Origin: Candidatus Versatilivorator sp.
Lineage (GTDB): Bacteria > Acidobacteriota > Terriglobia > Versatilivoradales > Versatilivoraceae
Direction: 5' to 3'
Assembly (NCBI GenBank): GCA_965207735.1
Contig: OZ242296.1
Span: 1,568,001-1,632,000, forward strand
Length of the DNA stretch: 64,000 nt
Under the pieces are notes generated by a model. It was not told the DNA's origin and did not search any database. It was given only the letters and a program-made list of their open reading frames with translations. The translations under genes were made by a program, and so were the position numbers. This document shows, piece by piece, positions 8,892-19,600 of the stretch; position 1 is the stretch's first letter, and every line of letters begins with the position of its first letter.

Positions 8892-9632
8892 TCAGGCGGG
8901 ATTCAGGAAGTCGTGCACCACCTCTCCGTACCCCTCGGTGTAGTCCTGCTCCACGTAAAAGGCGCCGTAGTACTCCCGCGGCGTGAAGTCGGCCAGGTTG
9001 TAAATGGGCGAGGGGTCGCACTGGATCACCCCGTCCCCGGCCCTGCAGATGTGCACGTCGACATCGGAGGTGACGTTGGCGCCGTCGATCAACTGAAGCA
9101 CGTCGGCGCCGCGGCCGTCCACCCGGGGAATCGCCTTGAGGCGCCAGGAGGGCGTGAGGTTGGGCAGCTCGTCCACTTCGGCGCTCCGATGGAAGGTGGA
9201 ACGAATGGCCAGCACCGAGGCCCCCGCCAGGCGCGTATCGGTATAAGCCACCCGTTCATCCATGCCGCAATCGAACTCCGCGAACACCTTGGGAGTGCCG
9301 TAGATCTCGCGTCCTGCCGGGATGCTGGACCGGGAATTCAGAAAGGCCACCGGGGCAAAATACCCGGTTTCTCCCTTGAAGGTGCACTTGACCGTCAACA
9401 CGCTCTCGTCGAAGGCCCCGTAACTGGAAGCCCAGGGGATGGAGATTCCGATGGCCACGCAGTAGCCGTCCTCGGCCGGCTCCAGGCAGGCAGGGAGCAC
9501 GCGGTCCACGGCGGCCGTATCTGCCCGGAAGAATACGAACTGAAAGCGCGCATTGCGGTAGCGCACCGGCGGAGGAGGATAGTAGGGAGAAAACGCCGGC
9601 ATGCTGGTAATTTGATCCATGGGAATGGTCAT
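8892..9632 (-). CDS. Acetoacetate decarboxylase family protein
   Basis: SMPAFSPYYPPPP N-terminus and GREIYGTPK Schiff-base Lys motif; AGGAG SD. Confidence 0.85.
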   Translation of the reverse strand: MTIPMDQITSMPAFSPYYPPPPVRYRNARFQFVFFRADTAAVDRVLPACLEPAEDGYCVAIGISIPWASSYGAFDESVLTVKCTFKGETGYFAPVAFLNSRSSIPAGREIYGTPKVFAEFDCGMDERVAYTDTRLAGASVLAIRSTFHRSAEVDELPNLTPSWRLKAIPRVDGRGADVLQLIDGANVTSDVDVHICRAGDGVIQCDPSPIYNLADFTPREYYGAFYVEQDYTEGYGEVVHDFLNPA

Positions 9633-9863
9633 GGCTGGCTCCTGGAGCAGGAAGTCGTTTCAGGGCATGATTTTGCCGGAACTTCGACGGCCGGATCTTA
9701 TCCCATCCGCCGGAACCGGCGCAAACGCGGGTGAGGGCGAGCTTCAGATGAACAAGCGGGGAAAAAAGAGTTATCCACGAAGGGACACGAAGGGGTTGGA
9801 GGAGTCTCAAGAGGGATCCGCCAAGGGTCGGAAAGGGCGAGTCCCCTACTCTTCCTGGATGAT

Positions 9864-9984
9864 TGCTGTCGCCGCCTACGCGGCTCGGGGGCTTTTGACA
9901 CCCTGCTCCATGGGCTTACGCCCACGGCTACCTGCTGCCGCCGCCTTCGCGGCTCGACTCGAATCCCCGGGCTGGCGCCCGGGG
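9864..9984. repeat. REP-like multi-hairpin repeat (CCATGGGCTTACGCCCACGGCTA family)
   Basis: Same unit at 13681-13797, 14281-14360, 47358-47475; inverted relative at ~10098-10183. Confidence 0.88.
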
Positions 9985-10254
9985 AAGTTTTTCTGGAAAT
10001 CCTGCCCCCCGGCAGTGTCGTAGTCTAAGGGAGAGCTGCGAAGCTGCAGTGGACGTTGGTCACTTGACACAACGCCTGTTACAGGCCTTCCTTATAGAGC
10101 AGCGAAGCTGCGGTCTCGTGTAGCCCCGGGCGGAAGCCCGGGGTCGTCTGAATCCAGCGCTAACGCAGCCGCGTAGGCGGCGATTTAGTAGCGCCCTCCC
10201 GGAACCCTCGGCGTTTCCAGAACGGCGCCCTCTTCGCAACGCTGACCTCGGCTT

Positions 10255-10463
10255 CCGGGACGCCGCGTTGGCCCCCCTCCGGATCGACCGCGGGCTTCGC
10301 CCTGGTCTCTCCGACTCCCCCTCAAGGGGGGAGTGATTCTTGAGGCTCGCACGGGACTTCTTGCCCGATTCCTTGGCGGGATGTAAGTCATGTTTGCGGT
10401 TTATTGTGTAAAGGATTTTCCCGCTTTGTAAAGCTTCTGCGACTCCCTTCAAGAGGGAGTGAT
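10255..10463. repeat. ACTCCCCCTCAAGGGGGGAGTGAT-family palindromic repeat (partial composite)
   Basis: Matches 12030-12175 and 39620-39765. Confidence 0.85.
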
Positions 10464-10513
10464 TGGACCCTAGACCTAGCCTGAGGTTTCATGGGGCCAA
10501 CCCCCTGGGATAG

Positions 10514-11854
<1,341 letters not shown>

Positions 11855-11974
11855 TACCTGCAAAATATGTGTCCGATGCCTGCGGCAGAGGGTGCGCCAT
11901 CAGACCTGCCGGTAGCCCTCAAGCGCTCGAACGACGCCGCCAAGGCTTCGCTGCCCGTACTGCTGATAGTTACT

Positions 11975-12422
11975 CACGGGACGCCGCGTTTGCCCCCCTC
12001 CGGATCGACTGCGGGCGGAGCCTTTTGGTAGTCACTCTCGGGGCGCCGAGCTTGCCCCCCTCCGGCTCGACTGCGGGCTCCGCCCTCTCGCCGACTCCCC
12101 CTCAAGGGGGGAGTGATACTTGAAGCCTGTAGAGGGCTTATTGCCTGATTGCTGGGCAGGATGTAAACCATGTTCCCGGTCTACCGCATAAACTCCGTCC
12201 CCTCTTCATAACACGGTATCACTCCCCCCTTGAGGGGGAGTCGCAGAAGCCGAGCCGGATGGCGAAGGCTGATGCGGAGGGGGGCCAACGCGGCGCCTCC
12301 GAACGGCAGCGCCGAATGGCGAAGGCTTGTGCGCCGTGGCGGTAACCGCCGGCGTGCGTCGGTTGCGGAGGGGGAGTCGCAGAAGCCGAGCCGAATGGCG
12401 AAGGCTGATGCGGTGGGGGGCG
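11975..12422. repeat. ~400-bp composite palindromic element
   Basis: Inverted ACTCCCCCTCAAGGGGGGAGTGATAC / GTATCACTCCCCCCTTGAGGGGGAGT around a conserved ~100-bp spacer; near-colinear copy at 39620-40000. Confidence 0.9.
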
Positions 12423-12436
12423 AACTTCTCCGAACC

Positions 12437-13600
12437 TCACTCCCGCTCTGCCCGCCGCCGTCCGATCACTCCCTCTCCTCGCAGCCGGTCCAGCTCCGTC
12501 TCGCTGAAGCCCCAGTCCTTCAAGGCATCCCGGGTGTGCTCGCCGGGCTTGGCCGGGGGGCGCTGGATCCGGCTGGGGGTGCGGCTGAATCGCGGCGCCG
12601 GGGCCGGCTGCACCACGCCCTCCACCTCCACGAAGGTCTGCCTCTCCCGGTTGTGGGGATGCTCCGGAGCTTCGCCCATGTCGAGGACCGGGGCGAAGCA
12701 GACGTCGCTTCCCTCCAGACGGCGGCGCCACTCTTCCCGGGTGCGGGTGCGAAAGATTTCGGCCAGGCGCTTCGACATCCGCGGCCACCGGGATCGATCC
12801 TCCAGCCTGTGCAGATCTTCTTCCTCGGCTCCGATCCGTCTCAGCAGTTCGGCCCAGAACTTGGGCTCCACCGGGCCGATGGCGATATGCTTCCCATCCT
12901 TGGTTTGGTAAGCCCGGTAGTTGGGGGCGCCGCCGTCCAGGGTATTTGCGGCTCTGCGATCGGTCCACTGCCCGGCTGCCCGCAGGCCGTAGACAAAAGT
13001 CATCTGGGAGGCCGCGCCGTCGACCATGGCCGCGTCGATCACCTGCCCTTTGCCCGACGTCCCGGCCGCCAGCATCCCGGCCACCAGGCCCAGGGCCAAG
13101 TAGACCCCGCCTCCACCGAAATCCCCTACCAGGTTGAGAGGCGGAACCGGTGGCCCCTCCCCGTCTCCGATCCCGTGCAGAGCCCCGGTCAAGGCAATGT
13201 AGTCGATGTCGTGGCCGGCGGCCCTCGCCAGGGGACCGTCCTGCCCCCATCCGGTCACCCGCCCGTAGACCAGCCGGGGATTGCGGGCCAGGCAGACCTC
13301 GGGTCCCAAGTCCAAACGCTCCATCACCCCGGGCCGGAATCCCTCGATCAGGGCGTGGCTGCGAGCGATGAGCTTGAGCGCCGCCTCCCGGCCCTCCCGA
13401 TGTTTCAGGTCGATGGCCGCCGATCGCCTGCCCCGGCACAGCAGGTCGTAGCGGTGCTCCGTAAGTATCCCCAGGTGGGACTCCTCAATGCGGTCGATGC
13501 GCAGCACCTCGGCTCCCATGTCCGACAGCAGCATGGCCGCCATGGGCGCCGGTCCGATGCCCGCGAATTCCACGATCCTGTAGCCCGACAAGACTCCCAT
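12437..13600 (-). CDS. CaiB/BaiF family III CoA transferase (alpha-methylacyl-CoA racemase-like)
   Basis: AGIGPAP, EGFRPGVMERL, GHDIDY, NLVGDFGGG, PAPAPRFSRTP. Confidence 0.92.
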   Translation of the reverse strand: MGVLSGYRIVEFAGIGPAPMAAMLLSDMGAEVLRIDRIEESHLGILTEHRYDLLCRGRRSAAIDLKHREGREAALKLIARSHALIEGFRPGVMERLDLGPEVCLARNPRLVYGRVTGWGQDGPLARAAGHDIDYIALTGALHGIGDGEGPPVPPLNLVGDFGGGGVYLALGLVAGMLAAGTSGKGQVIDAAMVDGAASQMTFVYGLRAAGQWTDRRAANTLDGGAPNYRAYQTKDGKHIAIGPVEPKFWAELLRRIGAEEEDLHRLEDRSRWPRMSKRLAEIFRTRTREEWRRRLEGSDVCFAPVLDMGEAPEHPHNRERQTFVEVEGVVQPAPAPRFSRTPSRIQRPPAKPGEHTRDALKDWGFSETELDRLRGEGVIGRRRAERE

Positions 13601-13680
13601 GAGCCTGCCCTCGTCTTTCTCCGGTCCCGGCAAATACCGGTTACGTGACCAGCACGTTGCCTATTGGGAACGGAGCACCG

Positions 13681-13797
13681 TGTTGTCGCCGCCTACGCGG
13701 CTCAACTCTAACGCCAAGCTTTCCATGGGCTTACGCCCACGGCTACCTGCTATCGCCGCATTCGCGGCTTTCTGGAATCCCCGGGCTGGCGCCCGCG
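13681..13797. repeat. REP-like repeat (CCATGGGCTTACGCCCACGGCTA family)
   Basis: Near-identical to 9864-9984. Confidence 0.85.
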
Positions 13798-13808
13798 AAA
13801 TGATCATT

Positions 13809-14147
13809 GAGCATTCTGCAAAATGTGGAGTCGGGGATGATGTTGGGGTGGCAAAGGTAGTGATCTGCCGGCTCCGGACGGATCTGCACCTGGCGGGCCA
13901 TGGATTTCCCCCGGGAGCGCGGGCGTCCCGCCCGCATTCTTGTAAAGGCGCTTCCCCGGCTCCAAAGGGCGGGTGAACCGGCCAACCCTGGGACGCGAAT
14001 AGGGGACGTTGTTGAATTACTGGAATAACTACGATCAGACGCTCCTGAATTGCTCTGATTCAATAACGTCTCCTAAGCGCTCTTTGGCGTTATTCCGGTA
14101 ATGCAACAACGTCCCCGGCGCTGCACGACGAATATTGCAAAAGGCTC
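13809..14147. mobile_element. Second copy of GAGCCTTTTGCA-TIR MITE, containing a nested element
   Basis: GAGCATTCTGCAAAAT (13809) ... TTGCAAAAGGCTC (14147); left part is the reverse-complement homolog of 746-875. Confidence 0.68.
14002..14116. mobile_element. 115-bp nested MITE-like element with 28-bp inverted repeats
   Basis: GGGGACGTTGTTGAATTACTGGAATAAC / GTTATTCCGGTAATGCAACAACGTCCCC, 26 of 28 matching. Confidence 0.7.
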
Positions 14148-14202
14148 GTAATGTTCTGCCTTTTTCAATATCGGCTGCGACCTGGTGAGAAATGCGAGTT
14201 CC

Positions 14203-14279
14203 CCACAAAAAGCACAAGAGTCACAAAACGATTTTTCTAATATCGTTCCGCTCTTTTCGTGTTTTTGTGCCTTTTGTGG
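14203..14279. repeat. Inverted repeat built from ~9-nt CACAAAA units
   Basis: CCACAAAAAGCACAAGAGTCACAAAA ... TTTTCGTGTTTTTGTGCCTTTTGTGG. Confidence 0.7.
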
Positions 14280-14280
14280 A

Positions 14281-14360
14281 GCTTTCCATGGGCTTACGCC
14301 CACGGCTACCTGCTGCCGCCGCTTCGCGGCTTAGTGGAAGCCCGGGCTGGCGCCCGGGGA
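14281..14360. repeat. REP-like repeat (CCATGGGCTTACGCCCACGGCTA family)
   Basis: Matches 9908-9984. Confidence 0.85.
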
Positions 14361-14367
14361 TGTCCTT

Positions 14368-16593
14368 CTACTGGGGCAACGGCCGCCAGCGGATGGCCTG
14401 CATCCGGGCCGGGAGGTCCTTCCCTTTGCGCTCTCCCACGATGGTCAGGATCATGCCCGGTTTTCCGTCGGCCAACTCGGGTGGAAGAACACAACTGGCG
14501 GAGTACCCGGGTTTGCTCACATGGTCGTTGATGTACCACATGCCCTTCAGCGTCTGTCCCTCGGTTGGGAAACTGCGTTGCCGGCTTTCCTCGAAGGTGA
14601 ATACTCCGCCGTCGGCGTTCTCCAGGGCGGTCAACACCTCCTCCCAGTTGGGAGCCGCCACGGTGTTCAGATAGTACAGTTCCTCTTCCCAGGTATTACC
14701 GCCGTCCCGGCTGACCTTGGCCCGCTCGCCTCCGTGCAGCGCCGGCAGTCGGTGAACGTACATCAGGACGATGCGGCCGTCGGGGAGCTGGACGGCCGAC
14801 CCGTGCATCTCGTCCAGCAGGTGGGTCACCGCCCGGGGGTTCTTCCAGGTGATGCCGCCGTCGTCGGAGTCGGCCATCAGCAGGTTCTTTTCGTAGGAAG
14901 ACAGGCGGTTGCGATGGTGATCGTAGTAGCTGGTGGCCCACTGCCACAGCCGCCAGGAGGACTCGTTTCTGTAAAACTTCTCCCACTCGCCCGGGGCTCG
15001 GGAGGGATTGTGGCGGGCCACCGCCAGCAGGCGCCCCGATTCGAGCTGAATGAGAGCGGGTTCTCCTCCCGGAACTATTGGGTAGCCCTCCGACCAGGTG
15101 TGGCCGCCGTCCTCGGACCGATAGGCGTAGACCGTGTGGGGGACTCCCGGGCGGGGATGGCCGATGGGCCAGACCAGAGTCCCGTCTTTCAGTTGGGTGA
15201 CCGGGCCTCCCTGAGACCCGGTCACGGGGATGAATCCCAGGGCCGTCCATGTGCTCCCCTCGTCGTCGGAGCGGTACACCCTCAGTCCGCCCGGCTCCCG
15301 GGTAGCGTTGAGAAAGGCGCCGTCGGGAAGCACCGACAGCAACGTCTTGCTGGCGTGGATGATTTCCCAACTGCGCCCCCCGTCCCGGGTGACGGCCACC
15401 ACCCCGGCCTTGAGCCCGGCATAGATGGCCCCCTGCCGGGTGACCGTCAGGTTGGCTTGAGGATCGGCAAAGAAATCCTCTTTGTCCCCCCAGGGAATCC
15501 ACACCCTCTCCGCCGGAAGCTGGTGAACTCGCCCCCGGCGGGAATAGGTCACGGCCTGAAGATCCCGGTGCATGACCGGATGAACCACGAAGAGATAATC
15601 CTCCAGCCCGATGGGGGCGCCCGAGCGGGAGCGGACTCGTGCCTTGAATTCCCCCACCCGCTCAAAGCGGTAGCTCAGCTTCCGTTCCCCATACCCGGCC
15701 GGCACCGGCTCCTGCAGGCGCTTTTCCAGGACTCTCTTCCCTTCCAAGGTCTCGACATTCAGCCTGACTTCCCCGCTCCAGGTGGACCCGCTGCTGTTGT
15801 AGCTGGCCAGAACCAGTTCCAGGGGCTCGTCCACCAAATGGACCATGGGCGGCCTGCGGCGTCCCGCCAACACGGCTTCCACCGGATAGCGCGTCCCGAA
15901 GGCGGAAGCCCGCGGTCCCTCCTCGAGCTGAACGGCGTCCACCCAGGCCCTGCCCGGACCCTCACCGCCAACCACCAGGTCGACCACTCCCTGCGACACC
16001 AGGTGCTCCACCACGAAGGTGAACCGGTACCGTTTCCACTCCCCGGACACCTCCATGGCTTCACTCTGGGCATCGGGGCCGGAAAAGGCCAGATATTGAC
16101 CGGCGGATGCCGCCGGGTCCGCTTCCCTCCAATCCAGCGGTCGGGTCCAGAAGCACAGCCTCACCCAGGCGTCTGGAACCTCGCTCCGCACATAAGCCGA
16201 GAGCGTGTAGACCTGGCCGCCCCGGACCGGCACCACCGGCGAGGTCAAATGTCCCGCGAAATCCTCTCCGGCCGGGTCCAGAGTAACCTGTGCCGCGTGG
16301 TCGCCCTCCACCGCCTCGGCAGCAACTCTTCGGGGCGGCCAGTTGCCGGGCTGCTGGTGGCTGGCGGCCAGGTTGATGGTGAGGGGATTGAGGATGTCTC
16401 CCCAGTTGCCGGGCTGGCGAGGTTCCTCGCCCAAGGGCAGCTCGAAGCTGGCGTTGGGCAGCAGGTTCCCTGCCTGAACGGGCCCTTGCCCCGAATCGGA
16501 GGCGCCGTCCGGGACCGAAATACGGCAGGCCAGCGAACCGGCCAGCAGGCCGCTCAGCCCCACCACTGCAATCATTGGTCGAATCCAGTGCAT
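14368..16593 (-). CDS. Secreted sialidase-like BNR/Asp-box beta-propeller with N-terminal CBM4/9-like domain
   Basis: Signal/lipobox-like LAGSLAC; GNLLPNASFE...WVDAVQLEEG domain; multiple SxDGGxTW Asp-boxes. Confidence 0.78.
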   Translation of the reverse strand: MHWIRPMIAVVGLSGLLAGSLACRISVPDGASDSGQGPVQAGNLLPNASFELPLGEEPRQPGNWGDILNPLTINLAASHQQPGNWPPRRVAAEAVEGDHAAQVTLDPAGEDFAGHLTSPVVPVRGGQVYTLSAYVRSEVPDAWVRLCFWTRPLDWREADPAASAGQYLAFSGPDAQSEAMEVSGEWKRYRFTFVVEHLVSQGVVDLVVGGEGPGRAWVDAVQLEEGPRASAFGTRYPVEAVLAGRRRPPMVHLVDEPLELVLASYNSSGSTWSGEVRLNVETLEGKRVLEKRLQEPVPAGYGERKLSYRFERVGEFKARVRSRSGAPIGLEDYLFVVHPVMHRDLQAVTYSRRGRVHQLPAERVWIPWGDKEDFFADPQANLTVTRQGAIYAGLKAGVVAVTRDGGRSWEIIHASKTLLSVLPDGAFLNATREPGGLRVYRSDDEGSTWTALGFIPVTGSQGGPVTQLKDGTLVWPIGHPRPGVPHTVYAYRSEDGGHTWSEGYPIVPGGEPALIQLESGRLLAVARHNPSRAPGEWEKFYRNESSWRLWQWATSYYDHHRNRLSSYEKNLLMADSDDGGITWKNPRAVTHLLDEMHGSAVQLPDGRIVLMYVHRLPALHGGERAKVSRDGGNTWEEELYYLNTVAAPNWEEVLTALENADGGVFTFEESRQRSFPTEGQTLKGMWYINDHVSKPGYSASCVLPPELADGKPGMILTIVGERKGKDLPARMQAIRWRPLPQ

Positions 16594-16699
16594 TCCGGAT
16601 CTCCTCGTTCCGCCCGCTCCGCGGGCAACATTCAATTCAGCAGTCCCACGACCTGGACAACTCCAAACGGGGGCCGGCACAACGCACCCCTCCCCGGAT

Positions 16700-19600
16700 C
16701 TATCCCTGGCCGGAAACCCTGTTCCCGGGCAGGAACCAACTGTAAAGCGCCGGCAGCAACAGCAGCGTCAGGATCGTCGAGCTGATCAGACCGCCAATGA
16801 CCACTGTAGCCAGTGGGCGTTGCACCTCGGCCCCGATCGAGGTTGCCGTCGCCATGGGCAGGAACCCGACACTGGCAAGTACCGAAGTCATCAGAACCGG
16901 TCGCAGTCGGGTGACGGCGCCCTCAACCACCGCCTCGCGAATCGAACGCCCCTTTTCCAGCAGGGAGTTGTTGGTCGAAACCATCACCAGGCCGTCCAGC
17001 ACGGCCACTCCGAATACCGCGATAAAACCGATCGAGGCCGAAACATTCAGGTTCATTCCCCGCATCCACAGCGCCGCGATCCCGCCGACGGAGGCGAACG
17101 GAACGATGAGCAACACCAGTAACGATTGCCTGGCCGATTGAAAGGTGAGGTACAACAGCACAAAAATCACCAGCAGGACCGCCGGCAGGACCAGCGACAG
17201 CCGCTGCATGGCCCGCTGCTGATTCTCGAACTGGCCACCCCAACTCATGTAGTAGCCTGCCGGCAGATCCACGGCCGCTTGAATGCGACCTTGAGCTTCG
17301 GCGACGAAGCCGCCCACGTCTCGCCCGCGGACATTGCACTGCACCACGATGCGGCGCTGGCTGTCTTCACGATGGACCACCTCGGGCCCGCTGGAGCGAC
17401 GAATCTCGGCGACGCGGCCAAGCGAGACCTGCTCGCCTGCCGGCGCTGACAGGAGAATGCTTCCGAGCGCATCGCGGTCCCTGCGATAAGACTCAGGCAA
17501 CCGCACGGCGATCTGAAAGCGGCGGCGGCCATCGATGACTTCCGTCACCGGCTTGCCGCCCACCGCCGCCTGCACCACGTCACGCACGTCGGACACATTG
17601 AGGCCGTAACGGGCCAGTTCCTCTCGGTCCACCACCACCTGCCACTCGGCCGCGCCGGAAAAGACCTGCTTCTGCACGTCGGCGGCGCCGCGCACCTGCC
17701 CCAGTACGCGCAGCACCTGGTCGGCCGAACGGTCAAGCGTTTGCTCGTGGGGACCGAAGATCTTGACCGCAACGTCCGCACGCACGCCGGAAATGGTCTC
17801 GTCCAGGCGCATCGCCATCGGCTGAGTGAAGTTGTAAACGACTCCGGGAATCGTCGACAGTTCCGCCGAGAAGGCTTGGGTCAATCCTTCCTTGGTGTCG
17901 GCCGTGCTCCATTGTTCACGCGGCTTCAGGTTCACGTACACATCGCTTTCGTAGATCCCCATGGCCTCGGTGGCCAGGTCGGGCCGCCCCAGCTTGCTGA
18001 CCACCCCCGTCACTTCGGGAAACTCGAGCAACGTCCTTTCCACTTCGAGCCCGATGTCCACCGATTCCGACAGGGAGACGCTGGGAAGCCGAAGCACCTG
18101 AACCAGCACCGACCCCTCGTCGAGGCGCGGCATGAATTCAGTGCCGATGAAACGCAGCGAACCCAGGGCGGCGGCGACAAGCAGCGAACCCGCGGTGACC
18201 ACAAGCACCCGGTGATCCAGCGCGCGGTCAACGATGCGCCCGTAGACCTGCCGCGCGCGGTCCATATAAGGCTCCCTGGACTTGCCGGCGGTGCGTCCCA
18301 GCAACAGCCGGGAAGCCGCCGGCACCGCCGCCAGGGCCAGCACCAGCGAGCCCAGCAACGCCGCGCACACGGTAACGGCCATGGGGCGATACATGCGCCC
18401 TTCCAGCCCCTGCAAGCTCAGGATGGGAACGTAAACGGCGATGATGATGCCGACGCCCATCAGGATGGGCCGGGACACCTGGTGCGCCGCGGAGCGCACC
18501 AGGCCCAGATTCGCGGCTCCGGCCAGTGGCAAGTAAGGGTCCGGACGCGCATTCAGGCGCCGCACGTAATTCTCGACCATGATCACCGAGCCATTGACGA
18601 TCACGCCGAAGTCGACCGCTCCCAGGCTCATCAGGTTGGCGGTGACGCCAAACCACCGCATGATCAGGAACGCGGCCAGCATCGACAGCGGAATCACCGC
18701 CGCCACGATTAGCGAAGCGCGAAGGTTGCCCAGAAACAGGAACAGAATCGCCACCACCAGCGCCCCGCCCTGGAGCAGGTTGTAGCGCACCGTGCGTATG
18801 GTCCCGTCGATCACCACCGACTGGTCGTAGAAGGGAACGATCCTCACACCCTCGGGAAGCGAACGGCCAATCCCGCCGAGCGCCTGCTTGACGCGCTCGA
18901 TGACCGTCTTGCTGTTCTGGCCCTTGAGCATGATCACCATGCCCGAGACCGTCTCCCCCTCGCCGTCGCGGGTGACCGCCCCTTGCCGCGGCATCTTCCC
19001 GACCTTGACCTCGGCCACATCACGCAGATAGACCGCGGTTCCCTGGTGGGCCGCCAGGACGATCGTCCTCAAGTCCCGCTCGCTCTCCACTCGGCCCAGG
19101 CCGCGCACGGTGTACTGCTCCGAGGCGTGCTCGACGAATCCCCCTCCGAAGTTATCGTTGTTATCCCGAACGCGCTCGAACACGTCACGCAGCGTCAGTC
19201 CGTGAACGTGCAGCCGGTAAGGATCCACTTCGATCTCGTACTGCCGGGTGTGGCCGCCCCAGGTGTTGATGCCGACCACGCCCGGCACGGCCTGCAGTTG
19301 GTAACTGATCTCCCAGTCGTGGAGCGTCTTCAGTTCCATGGCGCTGTAGCCTTCCCCTTCCAGCGTGTACTGATACACCTCGCCGAAGGGCGTCGCCAAC
19401 GGCCCCAGGGCCGGCTCCAAGCCGGCCGGAATCCGGTCTCGCGCCTGGTTAAGCCGCTCGTTGACAAGTTGCCGCGCGAAGTAGTTGTCCACGCTGTCGG
19501 CAAAAACGATGGTGACCATGGAAAGGCCCAACTTGGAAATCGAGCGTACTTCCTCGGTATCGGGAAGGCCCATCATGGACGACTCTATGGGAAAGGTCAC

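Noticed and set aside
11974-12171. Small ORFs in repeats (MVYILP..., also 39556-39762 and 10185-10391) as a conserved peptide family
   Set aside because: Similarity is explained by the DNA repeat; lengths and C-termini vary and the ORFs run through palindromes
14521-16785. Long antisense ORFs (754 aa here; also 26498-28699, 10388-11863, 47836-49236, 2710-4014)
   Set aside because: They mirror motif-bearing genes on the other strand and have no recognisable motifs; expected shadow ORFs in high-GC DNA
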